Made by a program: the position numbers and the translations under genes
Notes under the pieces: model-generated
The model's database searches: none
What the model saw: the letters and a program-made list of their open reading frames with translations, nothing else
Told to the model about the DNA's origin: nothing
Shown: positions 55,133 through 64,000 of the stretch, in pieces
Layout: each line of letters opens with the position of its first letter
Numbering within the stretch: position 1 is the stretch's first letter
Origin: an uncultured Prochlorococcus sp.
GTDB lineage: Bacteria; Cyanobacteriota; Cyanobacteriia; PCC-6307; Cyanobiaceae
Assembly: GCA_902537445.1 (NCBI GenBank)
Contig: CACBBI010000003.1
Span: forward strand, 512-64,511
Direction: 5' to 3'
DNA length: 64,000 bases

Positions 55133-56224
55133 TCAGATATCAGAAATCATATAAATCCAGCATACTTTTAGAAGTTTTAATCCATCTACCCATCTAGATA
55201 TATTTGGTGCTCCAGATTTTCTAGCGTAATATCTAACAGGATAATTTAGTATTTTAATGTTATTTCTCGCAGCTTCAAATATTATTGTAAAGTCTCCAAA
55301 TGGGTCAGACTTGGAATCCCAACTTCCGTTTTGTTTCATAAGTTTAAAGAATTTTCTTGAAAAAACTTTTGTTCCACAGAGTGAATCTGATACAGGCTTA
55401 TTTATGAGAATTGATAGAAAAATTGCAAAGAGTCTATTTCCTATATAATTTGCCCATCTCATCGCATCTTTTTCCATTGGAAAAGTTGTGCGGGCACAAT
55501 TAATTAGGATATTTTTATTTTTGGTTGATTCTATAATTGCTGCAATACTGTCATCAATATCTACAGTAAAATCACTATCAACTATGGCAAGGGTCTCACC
55601 TGAAGAAGTATTAAACCCCTCAACAACTGCATTTTTTTTTCCTTTAGAAGTTTGTTTTAAAAGAGATATATTGAAGAAATTTGAGAAATTTTCTTTTAAT
55701 TCTTTCAAAATGTCATATGTATTATCATTGCTATTACCTTCAACAAATATAATTTCTAATTTATTGGGTATATTTTTGAATTTATTTAAAGCATTAATTA
55801 AAAGGTCTTTATTACCAGCTTCATTTCTTGCAGGGATTACTATTGATATTAAATGTTCAGAAATATTTTCACTATACTTATAAAAAACTATTTCGAGTTC
55901 ATAGGCGAGTTGTTTTATGATTGGTATTTTCCGAAAAATATTTTTAATAGATTTTGGAATTACCTTAGTGGGCATAGGAGTTAATTTTTTTGCTTTCCAT
56001 CTTATTGATCTGTAGTTATAAATTTCTGCTAGAGATTCGATATCGCATAAAGTTATTCTTGCTTTGCTAGTAGTTTCTCTAAAAATTCTTGAATCTAATC
56101 TTAGCCATCTAGTGATTGGCTCCCAAGTATTTCCACGGACTTTTATAGAAATAAATTCGTTATTGTCTTTGAATAATTGATGAAGTTTATTATTAGTTAA
56201 ATTCCAACTATTAACAGATCTCAT
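55133..56224 (-). CDS. GT2 glycosyltransferase with an atypical N-terminal domain
   Basis: IPARNEAGN, FVEGNSND, DSD, DSLCGTK, DPFGDF. Confidence 0.85.
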   Translation of the reverse strand: MRSVNSWNLTNNKLHQLFKDNNEFISIKVRGNTWEPITRWLRLDSRIFRETTSKARITLCDIESLAEIYNYRSIRWKAKKLTPMPTKVIPKSIKNIFRKIPIIKQLAYELEIVFYKYSENISEHLISIVIPARNEAGNKDLLINALNKFKNIPNKLEIIFVEGNSNDNTYDILKELKENFSNFFNISLLKQTSKGKKNAVVEGFNTSSGETLAIVDSDFTVDIDDSIAAIIESTKNKNILINCARTTFPMEKDAMRWANYIGNRLFAIFLSILINKPVSDSLCGTKVFSRKFFKLMKQNGSWDSKSDPFGDFTIIFEAARNNIKILNYPVRYYARKSGAPNISRWVDGLKLLKVCWIYMISDI

Positions 56225-56265
56225 TATTAAAGATTACAAATGACAACTTATTATATATGGATTTT

Positions 56266-57819
56266 TCACTTTTTTAATATTAATTTCCATGGATTTAAGA
56301 CATCATTTTCGTATATCACTTCATAAGAATCATCATTATTTTTTATTGTTTTAAGGTCAGTTGTCCATGCTAATTCAGATTTTTTTAACTGATTAATACT
56401 TTCTAATCCCCCACCTAATTTAGGGGTTGATAAAGAAATCCTTATTATTTTTGATTGCGATAGAGAGTTGTTGATTCCTTTTTTATCAACCATGATCGTT
56501 TGATTCTTTACTAAATCAAGGGATGAAACATATTCCATTTTCTCTCTTAGTTCTCTAGATCTATCAGTAAATAAACCTGACTGCAAAATAAATGAAGTTA
56601 ATAAGTAAGGCCCAATAATGAGTGTTATTAATATTTCTTTGAACGAATTTTTATGTTTTATTAATGACCAAGATAAGCCGAAAGATAATAATCCAAGAAT
56701 TATAAATGTATTTTCCTTTGTATTAAAATTAATTGAATCTTTAAAGAAAAAATAATATGTGAAAGTTAGAGCAAATATAAATAATGGAATTATTTTTGAA
56801 GTCATAAATATAAGAAATCGTCTATATCTATGAGAATTGAATAAATATTTTATTCCTACAAAAGTATTTAAAGAAAAAATAGATGAGATTTGTAGAGTAT
56901 AGTAGGGTGTTTTTGTAGAGAAAATGCTAAGGGTCGATAATAAGATTAAGGGGAAAAAAACAAGTATATATTTATTCTCTTTACTTTGAGAAATATTGTA
57001 TATTGTGCCAATAATTGCGAAAATACTCCATGGTAGAAATGTTACGGGTACATTCCAGAAATAATAATAGAAAGGATTTGTAAAAGTATTTTTACTTGAT
57101 AGAAAGTTAAACTTTTCAACTAAGTAAAAAATAATATTTTTGTCTAAATAAGGATTGATAGAAAACGTCCAGAATAAAAAAGGAATAAATCCAATTAGTA
57201 GTCCTAACCAAAAGAATTTGATGAATAAAAAATTTCTTTTAAAAAAAATATATGGTATGAGAGATAATAACGGTACAAAAACTAAAAATGTTTTCATCAT
57301 AAAAGCTAAACCAATCCAAATTCCAAAAAGCAGAATATGGAAGTTGTTTTTTTTACTTTTTATTTTGACTAAAGCAAATACTCCAATAGTTACTAAAGAT
57401 GAATAAATAATATCTTGAGTGGCTAAGTGTGAGTAGTCAAACCATAGATATGTAGTAGCAAGGATTAGTGGAGATATAATTGCATATTTTTTATTAAATA
57501 ATTCTTCATGTAATTTATAAGTTGTAAATAGCATCAATATTGAAGCGACTGTTGTTGGTAGATATGCAGAAAAAATATTTCTTCCAAATAAGTCTTGTGA
57601 CTTTGCTATTAAAAACTGTAATCCTATTGTTCTATCTAAAACATATTCATCCCACCAAAGTGGAATTGTCCAGTTACCTTTTTCTAATATCCATCTAGCT
57701 TGTAGTGCATAAAAACCTTCATCAAACGCAATATAACTTCTTTTGCCAAAATAAAATATAAGAGGAACAAAAACAAATAATTTAAAAAGATATCTAAATT
57801 TTAAAATTTTATTAACCAT
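56266..57819 (-). CDS. ArnT/PMT-like (GT-C fold) membrane glycosyltransferase; start moved to ATG 57819, outside the tRNA
   Basis: DE motif AFDEGFY, PFYYY, FLPWS, TKTPYY; many TM segments. Confidence 0.85.
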   Translation of the reverse strand: MVNKILKFRYLFKLFVFVPLIFYFGKRSYIAFDEGFYALQARWILEKGNWTIPLWWDEYVLDRTIGLQFLIAKSQDLFGRNIFSAYLPTTVASILMLFTTYKLHEELFNKKYAIISPLILATTYLWFDYSHLATQDIIYSSLVTIGVFALVKIKSKKNNFHILLFGIWIGLAFMMKTFLVFVPLLSLIPYIFFKRNFLFIKFFWLGLLIGFIPFLFWTFSINPYLDKNIIFYLVEKFNFLSSKNTFTNPFYYYFWNVPVTFLPWSIFAIIGTIYNISQSKENKYILVFFPLILLSTLSIFSTKTPYYTLQISSIFSLNTFVGIKYLFNSHRYRRFLIFMTSKIIPLFIFALTFTYYFFFKDSINFNTKENTFIILGLLSFGLSWSLIKHKNSFKEILITLIIGPYLLTSFILQSGLFTDRSRELREKMEYVSSLDLVKNQTIMVDKKGINNSLSQSKIIRISLSTPKLGGGLESINQLKKSELAWTTDLKTIKNNDDSYEVIYENDVLNPWKLILKK

Positions 57820-57837
57820 TTTAATTTGCTTTTTAAG

Positions 57838-57909
57838 TGCCGATAATTGGAATCGAACCAATGACCTACTGTTTACGAGACAGTTGCTCTACCTCTGAGC
57901 TATACCGGC
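57838..57909 (-). tRNA. tRNA-Thr(CGT)
   Basis: Reverse complement GCCGGTATAGCTCAGAGGTAGAGCA-ACTGT-CT-CGT-AA-ACAGT-AGGTCATTGGTTCGATTCCAATTATCGGCA. Confidence 0.96.
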
Positions 57910-57951
57910 CAAATTAAATATTGAATTTTTCATATAGACTTAATTTTATAA

Positions 57952-58200
57952 TTGAAAGAATTTATGTCAAAAATAGATCCTGAATTGAAAAAGAAATTAT
58001 TAAAGGAATCCCAAGCTCCTTTCAAGGGATTGAGAAGAATATTGTGGATAGCTTTTAGCGGTTCTGCATTATTGGGACTTCTAATAATGCTTTCCAGAAT
58101 TGCAAGCGGAAATGAATTACAGCAAAATAACCTTCTCATACAGTTGGGTGCTTGTGTAATATTTCCTACTTTATTATTCTTTGACAGAAATAAAGATTAG
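57952..58200 (+). CDS. DUF3493-family small membrane protein
   Basis: L..E...PFKGLRR motif and two TM helices. Confidence 0.8.
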   Translation: MKEFMSKIDPELKKKLLKESQAPFKGLRRILWIAFSGSALLGLLIMLSRIASGNELQQNNLLIQLGACVIFPTLLFFDRNKD

Positions 58201-58216
58201 TAAGCTAGATGTTTAA

Positions 58217-61200
58217 CTATTTTGATAAGGTCCTCTTTTTGGTGACAAATTTGAATGCTTCGATTAGGTCTCCTTCAATCCATGAAGAGAATTTATCGCA
58301 GCCAACTCCACATTCAAATCCAGTATTTACTTCTTTTACATCCTCTTTCGCTCTTTTTAGAGAGTCTAAATCACCTTCAAATATTACTTTCTCTGATCTA
58401 ATAACTCTCAGAGAACAATTCCTTTGTAATTTGCCAGTTTTTATATAACAGCCCGCAATAGCTCCTTTGCCGACTGCGAAAGTTGCTCTAACTTCAGCTT
58501 GCCCTAATGATTCTTCGACAAGATCGGGTTCAAGTAGCCCCTCCATTGCCAACTGAATATCCTCTAAGAGTTTATAGATTACTTCATATTCTCTTATGTC
58601 AACTTCATTAGCATCAGCTGCTCTCTTGGCGCCAGAAGCCAAAGAAGTATTAAATCCAATGATTACTGACCCAGATGCAGCAGCGAGATCTATATCTGTC
58701 TCAGTTATTTCTCCAGGGGCAGAAAGTAGGACTCTGACTTGAACTTCATTTTTTGGTAATTGTTCTAGTGATCCTAATATTGCTTCAACACTACCTTGAA
58801 CATCAGCCTTGAGAATTAAGTTTAACTCCTTTAGTTCTCCATCATTTGCTTGAGTTGATAAGGATGATAAGCTGACTCTTCTAGAGGCCATTTGTTGAGC
58901 CAATTTTGTAGCTCTAGCATCTGTTGCCCTTTCTCCAACAATGGCTCGAGCAGTTTTCTCATCTGGGTAGACTTCGAACTCATCTCCTGCAGTGGGTACT
59001 TCACTGAATCCTAGCGCTTCCACTGGGAATGATGGCCCTGCTTCTTTGATTCTATTACCATGCTCATCAACCATTGCTCTAATTTTTCCAAGGACTGAAC
59101 CAGCAGCTAAAACATCTCCAGATTTCAAGGTCCCATTTTGTACTAACAAAGTAGCCACAGGCCCTTTTGCTTTGTCTAGGTGGGCTTCAATAACAGTACC
59201 TTTTGCAAATCTGTCAGGGTTAGCTTGTAGATCTTCTACCTCTGAAACTAATAAAATCATTTCGAGTAATTTATCAATGTTTTGTTTTTTGATAGCACTT
59301 ACTGGAACCATCACTGTATCTCCTCCCCAATCTTCAGCAATTAAATCTTTTTCTGATAGTTCCTGCTTCACTCTGTCTGGAGAAGCCCCTTCTTTGTCAA
59401 TTTTATTTATTGCAACAACAATTGGTACTTTTGCAGCTCTTGCATGACTGATAGCTTCTAGCGTTTGAGGTCTGCAACCATCATCTGCAGCAACTACAAG
59501 AACAGCTACATCTGTAACCTTTGTACCCCTTGCTCTCATTGCAGTAAAGGCTTCATGACCAGGGGTATCAAGAAAAGTTAATTTTTTCTTTTGAGATTCA
59601 TGTTCAAATTCAACTTGATAAGCTCCTATGTGTTGAGTGATGCCCCCTGCTTCCCCTGAAGCTACTCTTGATTCTCTGATGGAATCTAAGAGACTTGTTT
59701 TGCCATGATCTACATGACCCATCACTGTAATAACAGGTGGTCTTCTTATTAGATTATCAATATCTTCAGATTCAATCATATCAACTGTTTTCTCAGCAGC
59801 TTCTTGAATATCATCTTGCAAAACAGGTACCCCAAATTCTTCTGCTACCGTTTCAATAGTTGCTAAGTCGAGTGATTGAGTAACAGTTGCAGTAATTCCT
59901 TTAAAAAAAAGAGATTTGATTATTTCAGAACTTTCAAGACTTAATTTATCGGCTAATTCTTGGACTGTTAAATTATCTTCGGGCACGATTATCATTTCAG
60001 GTCTTACTTGTTTGGCTTCTTTGGCAGCCTTTAACTCCATAGCTCTTCTTTTATGTCTTTGCCTAGTAGTCTCTTTTTTCTTCTTTTTAAATTGTTTAAT
60101 AGTTTTTTGAGATTTGGATTCATCAGACTTTTCTTTCTTTGGACGCGCCAAACTAGCTGATAAGATTGAAATTTTTTCGCCTGAATATCCACTAGTTTCA
60201 GATGTTAATGAATCATCATTCTCACCAATTATATGAACTTTCTGTCTTTGCTTTTGGGGGTTTTTGCTTCTTAATGCTTCAAGTTTTGCGCTATCGTCCC
60301 AGTCTGTCTTTCCAGGTTTTTTAGAATTATTTGAAAATGTTCTATGGGGTGGTTTTTTTGAATTAGGGGCAGTATGTGGTCGAGTATTTGGAGCTTTTGC
60401 CTTCTGTTTAGTTGTCTCAATTTTTTGTTTTTCGTTATTATTTATAACTTTTTTATCACTATCAGATTTATTAGTTTTTTGAAGTTGTAAGAGTTCATTA
60501 GGTGATACTGGCTTTCTAATTCCAGGTGTCTTTTGACCATTGAATTTAGACCCAGGCCTATTGGGCATGCCAGGTCTGTTGGGAGAACCATACTTACTTG
60601 AATTTGCTTGTCTATTGAAAGATCCAGGTCTGCCTTGATCTGATGGTTTGTTTCTTAACCCAGGCCTATTGGGCATGCCAGGTTTGTTGGGAGCACCAGA
60701 CCTACTTGAATTTGCTTGTCTGTTGAAAGATCCAGGTCTGCCTTGATCTGATGGTTTGTTTCTTAACCCAGGCCTATTGGGCATGCCAGGTCTATTAGGC
60801 ATACCCGATCTGTTGGGGGGATTTTGTTTAAAAGAAATACTTTGATTATTTTTTGGCTGATTGGTTCTGTCTCTTCTTATTGGAGCTCCTACGAGCTCAG
60901 GGGGGGAGTTTCTGTTATTAATATTTTTTGTTTTAGATTTGTTCGAATTTTGGTCAGTTTTGTTTGATATTTGTCTTTCCCCCCCTGTACTTGAGATGTT
61001 CTGGGCAGATTTATTAGATTCAACATTATTATTAATATTTTTAGGCTTAGCAATTAGTTGAATAGGAGGTTTCGATAGGGTTTTTATAGGTGTGGTTGTA
61101 TTATTTCGGAAATTTTTTTTATCATGTTTGAGATTTTGTGAAGTTTTACTATTTATATTTTGATTTGTAAGATTTGCTTGAGATTGCGAACTGTTGGTAA

Positions 61201-61585
61201 TTGTGGGTTTATTTAGATTTATAGGTTTATTTGAAATTATTTTTTGACTCTCAGGTTTATTAAGAGGTTTCATCAACAATGGCTTTTTGTTTGTATTATC
61301 TTTAAAAGGTTTCCCTTTCATAGAAGAGATGACAGAGGATTCATTTTCATTGTTTTGTTTATAATTATCTTTTTTAATTGAAGGTTTGTTAATAGAAAGA
61401 ATTTTTTTATCTGAATTTTTTTTATTAATAAGATTTTTTATTTTTTTTGCTTCCTCTGCACTAATTGAACTGCTATGGCTTTTTACTGAAATTGAAAGTT
61501 TTTGAGCGGCATCCAATATATCTTTATTGTCCAGATTTAAGTCTCTGGAAAGTTCATAAATTCTGATTTTATCGCTGATAGTCAT
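58217..61585 (-). CDS. infB: Translation initiation factor IF-2 (long N-terminal region)
   Basis: [30 protein letters not shown]. Confidence 0.99.
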   Translation of the reverse strand: MTISDKIRIYELSRDLNLDNKDILDAAQKLSISVKSHSSSISAEEAKKIKNLINKKNSDKKILSINKPSIKKDNYKQNNENESSVISSMKGKPFKDNTNKKPLLMKPLNKPESQKIISNKPINLNKPTITNSSQSQANLTNQNINSKTSQNLKHDKKNFRNNTTTPIKTLSKPPIQLIAKPKNINNNVESNKSAQNISSTGGERQISNKTDQNSNKSKTKNINNRNSPPELVGAPIRRDRTNQPKNNQSISFKQNPPNRSGMPNRPGMPNRPGLRNKPSDQGRPGSFNRQANSSRSGAPNKPGMPNRPGLRNKPSDQGRPGSFNRQANSSKYGSPNRPGMPNRPGSKFNGQKTPGIRKPVSPNELLQLQKTNKSDSDKKVINNNEKQKIETTKQKAKAPNTRPHTAPNSKKPPHRTFSNNSKKPGKTDWDDSAKLEALRSKNPQKQRQKVHIIGENDDSLTSETSGYSGEKISILSASLARPKKEKSDESKSQKTIKQFKKKKKETTRQRHKRRAMELKAAKEAKQVRPEMIIVPEDNLTVQELADKLSLESSEIIKSLFFKGITATVTQSLDLATIETVAEEFGVPVLQDDIQEAAEKTVDMIESEDIDNLIRRPPVITVMGHVDHGKTSLLDSIRESRVASGEAGGITQHIGAYQVEFEHESQKKKLTFLDTPGHEAFTAMRARGTKVTDVAVLVVAADDGCRPQTLEAISHARAAKVPIVVAINKIDKEGASPDRVKQELSEKDLIAEDWGGDTVMVPVSAIKKQNIDKLLEMILLVSEVEDLQANPDRFAKGTVIEAHLDKAKGPVATLLVQNGTLKSGDVLAAGSVLGKIRAMVDEHGNRIKEAGPSFPVEALGFSEVPTAGDEFEVYPDEKTARAIVGERATDARATKLAQQMASRRVSLSSLSTQANDGELKELNLILKADVQGSVEAILGSLEQLPKNEVQVRVLLSAPGEITETDIDLAAASGSVIIGFNTSLASGAKRAADANEVDIREYEVIYKLLEDIQLAMEGLLEPDLVEESLGQAEVRATFAVGKGAIAGCYIKTGKLQRNCSLRVIRSEKVIFEGDLDSLKRAKEDVKEVNTGFECGVGCDKFSSWIEGDLIEAFKFVTKKRTLSK
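60551..60793. repeat. 108-bp in-frame tandem repeat in infB (two full copies plus a partial third)
   Basis: Units start at 60551, 60659 and 60767 (CCCAGGCCTATTGGGCATGCCAGGT...); 5 mismatches between units 1 and 2 by hand count. Confidence 0.95.
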
Positions 61586-61633
61586 TTAATCTGATTTGTA
61601 GTCTTTTTGGAAATTAAAGACGATTTAATTTAA

Positions 61634-61915
61634 TTATATTCCCTTATTGGGATAGTCATTGTAGCTTGTAATTTCTTTTTCAAAAATATCAATAAATTCA
61701 GGTTCTAAAGTTGTTTTTAAAGCTTTTTGAAGCTTTTTTTTAATCTTGGAGTCGGAGTAACATTTTTTTGACTTGCAAATGTAGGCTGAACGCCCCATTC
61801 CCTTTTGAAACATAATACCCTGCTTATGATCTTTAGTAATCTTTATAAGATGTTTCCTGTCATATGTTTTTCTACATGAAATGCATAGACGCAAAACAGG
61901 GGTTTGTCGTATCAC
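61634..61915 (-). CDS. ylxR: YlxR (RnpM)-family RNA-binding protein
   Basis: RLCISCR, GRSAYIC; between nusA and infB. Confidence 0.9.
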   Translation of the reverse strand: MIRQTPVLRLCISCRKTYDRKHLIKITKDHKQGIMFQKGMGRSAYICKSKKCYSDSKIKKKLQKALKTTLEPEFIDIFEKEITSYNDYPNKGI

Positions 61916-63315
61916 CGTTTTCTCTCCTCTTTGGCAGATATTTCACCATCTTGAACAGTCTCTAATTGATCACTATTTGAGAAGTTCTCTGCTTCATATA
62001 ATTCTTGTCCATATTCATCATCATCTTCTGGAAGGGGATAAAGCTCTCTTAATCTTGCATCTTCTGCAGCGCGCTCAGCTTGTTCTGCTTCTAACCTAAG
62101 CTCAGCCTCTCGCTGGAGATTCTCTTCATCTTCTCTTTGAATGATTAATTCAGAGACTGCAGCATCTTCTGCTTCCTGATCGTATTCATGTGAGTTTTTA
62201 ACATCAATCTTCCAACCAGTTAATCTTGCTGCAAGTCTTACATTTTGTCCTTCTCTACCTATTGCGAGACTTAATTGATCGGGAGGAACTAGTACATGCG
62301 CGTGTTGACCTTCTGGGTCAACAAGTCTCACGAGATCGACTTTCGCTGGACTTAAAGAGTTTAAAATATATTGTATTGGGTCAGATGACCATTTAATAAC
62401 ATCAATTTTTTCTCCTCTTAATTCATTTACTACTTGTTGGATTCTTGCCCCTCTCGCTCCAATACAAGCACCTACAGGGTCAACTTCTTGTTCGACGCTA
62501 TCAACAGCTACTTTTGTTCTTGGCCCAACAGCTCTTGAAGGAGGATTCGCTTCTCTTGAAACAGCAACAATTTTTACTGTGGCCTCTTGAATTTCCGGTA
62601 CTTCATTTTCAAATAAATAAACAACTAATCCAGCATTTGCCCTGCTTACGAAAAGTTGTGGTCCTTTTCTGGCTATTTCGCTAACTTCTTTCAAGAATAC
62701 TTTGAAAGTTGCATTAGCTCTATAATTATCATTTGGTAATTGATCTCTTTTAGGAAGTTCGGCCTCTACTTCAGGTCTACCAATACCCGAACTAACTCCC
62801 ATTATTACAGATTGCCTTTCAAATCTTATAACTCTTGCAGTTAAAACAGGATCTTCTAAATCTGCAAATTCTTCTTGGATCATTTTTCTTTGTTGATCTC
62901 TTAATTTTTGGGCTAAAACTTGTTTTGTTGTTGAAGCAGCCATTCGTCCAAAATCTTCTTTTTCTGGAGTAACGTCTAAAACAACCGTGTCACCTATTTG
63001 AGCATCATCAGCTACTTGTTTAACTTCTACTAAAGATATTTGATGATCTTCGCTTTCAACTTCTTCTACAATTATTTTACTTGATAAGATTCTATAACCT
63101 TCTTCATCTAGATCTAGTCCAACATCAAAATTACTAAAGTATTCTTCATCAAATGGATCTTCGTTAATTCCAATGTAAAAAGTTCTTCTATATTTTTCGT
63201 ATCCCTTTAACAAAGCTTCGCGCAAGGCTGCTTCAACGATATTAGGAGGTAACTTTTTTTCCTCACTAATGTCTTCAATAAGATTGTTTAAACCTGGGAG
63301 AATAACTAATGCCAT
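61912..63315 (-). CDS. nusA: Transcription termination/antitermination factor NusA
   Basis: [39 protein letters not shown]. Confidence 0.99.
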   Translation of the reverse strand: MALVILPGLNNLIEDISEEKKLPPNIVEAALREALLKGYEKYRRTFYIGINEDPFDEEYFSNFDVGLDLDEEGYRILSSKIIVEEVESEDHQISLVEVKQVADDAQIGDTVVLDVTPEKEDFGRMAASTTKQVLAQKLRDQQRKMIQEEFADLEDPVLTARVIRFERQSVIMGVSSGIGRPEVEAELPKRDQLPNDNYRANATFKVFLKEVSEIARKGPQLFVSRANAGLVVYLFENEVPEIQEATVKIVAVSREANPPSRAVGPRTKVAVDSVEQEVDPVGACIGARGARIQQVVNELRGEKIDVIKWSSDPIQYILNSLSPAKVDLVRLVDPEGQHAHVLVPPDQLSLAIGREGQNVRLAARLTGWKIDVKNSHEYDQEAEDAAVSELIIQREDEENLQREAELRLEAEQAERAAEDARLRELYPLPEDDDEYGQELYEAENFSNSDQLETVQDGEISAKEERKR

Positions 63316-63349
63316 CTATGATGGGAAAATTGAATAATGGTTAAAATAA

Positions 63350-63817
63350 TTAATCTTTTAAGGTACAAAGACTAATTTTTAATACTTCATCGAAAGGGAT
63401 TTTTTTTATCCTACCTTTAATGTTAATGGCTAAATAATCATTAGACTTTTCATAAAGTAAACCATTCAGGAATTTTAATTTTGAATTCTTTTGGTTTAAC
63501 TCAACATTAACTGGAAAACCCTTAAAAGTTTTGAAGTCTCTTTCTGAGGTTAATTCATCACTGACCCCTTGACTACTAATTTCTAACACATATGAACAAT
63601 TTAAAAGATTTGATTTTTCTATTTCGTCAGATGCTGGGGTATTAAATAGCGCACAATCATCTAAGGAAATGTCATCCCCATTAGTTTTTCGTATAGTTAT
63701 TTCAATAACAATTGGATTTTGATTGGTTTGTATATTTAAACCGTAGATTTCTAAATCCCTTTCATTAGCAACTTTTTCTAATAAAGCTTCTAGTTTACTT
63801 TTGTTTTCTTTGTTCAA
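63350..63817 (-). CDS. rimP: Ribosome maturation factor RimP
   Basis: [15 protein letters not shown]; first gene of the nusA-infB operon. Confidence 0.95.
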   Translation of the reverse strand: MNKENKSKLEALLEKVANERDLEIYGLNIQTNQNPIVIEITIRKTNGDDISLDDCALFNTPASDEIEKSNLLNCSYVLEISSQGVSDELTSERDFKTFKGFPVNVELNQKNSKLKFLNGLLYEKSNDYLAINIKGRIKKIPFDEVLKISLCTLKD

Positions 63818-64000
63818 ATTTATTTATAAATTTATTCAAAATTTATTTTCACACATTAAGAAGTTTTTTCTATAAGAAAAATTAAAAATTTGCATTTTAT
63901 GGATGTAAACAAAAAAACAACAATAATCTTTTTCTTCAATTAGATTTATCAAATAAACTCAAAAACTATTTATTAAATGAAGTATCTCAAGATTAAATTT

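Noticed and set aside
57820-57861. ORF-track N-terminal extensions (GT-C into tRNA-Thr; also rpsS 6929, rplO 12696, HNH 21245, dapL 51793)
   Set aside because: They overlap a tRNA or neighbouring genes, or precede the conserved N-terminus; downstream starts fit better.
60551-60793. Direct repeats as a possible CRISPR array
   Set aside because: Contiguous in-frame 108-bp coding repeats without unique spacers; no cas genes.
1544-62684. Numerous 60-150 aa ORFs in the track antisense to or overlapping known genes (e.g. 8489-8797, 55488-55883, 58992-59447, 62445-62684)
   Set aside because: Shadow frames of conserved genes; no recognisable motifs or independent signals.

Overview
Core-chromosome window of a low-GC marine picocyanobacterium, almost certainly a high-light Prochlorococcus marinus. 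This rests on the AT-rich and compact gene packing, the Prochlorococcus-type PsaA N-terminus and long PsaL, and a gene order that from memory matches sequenced HL strains (not checked by alignment). Contents in order: end of a DinG-like helicase gene, recA with a perfect cyanobacterial LexA box, tRNA-Gln, ldpA, ndhN, the rplC-to-prfA ribosomal superoperon (including the untracked rpmJ), an HNH gene, alr, tRNA-Ser, a cbiG-cobJ fusion, psaAB, psaI (untracked)/psaL, a divergent NlpC/P60 + penicillin-binding-type hydrolase pair, a degenerate serine resolvase, lipA, glsF, the str operon with rpsJ, pheA, rne-rnhB, dapL-clpS, a B12-radical SAM gene, a tRNA-Thr-linked glycosyltransferase pair and rimP-nusA-ylxR-infB. 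I found no CRISPR array, rRNA, prophage, transposase or defence island, and no clearly new multi-gene system. The best leads are (1) a resolvase whose catalytic Ser is replaced by Thr but which keeps its HTH and res-like half-sites upstream, (2) an ArnT-like/GT2 pair directly behind tRNA-Thr in which the GT2 carries an apparent methyltransferase remnant, (3) structured leaders of rplC and psaA, (4) a 108-bp tandem duplication in infB, and (5) zinc-ribbon-free L36/L31. All product calls come from motif and family recognition by eye, not from database searches.
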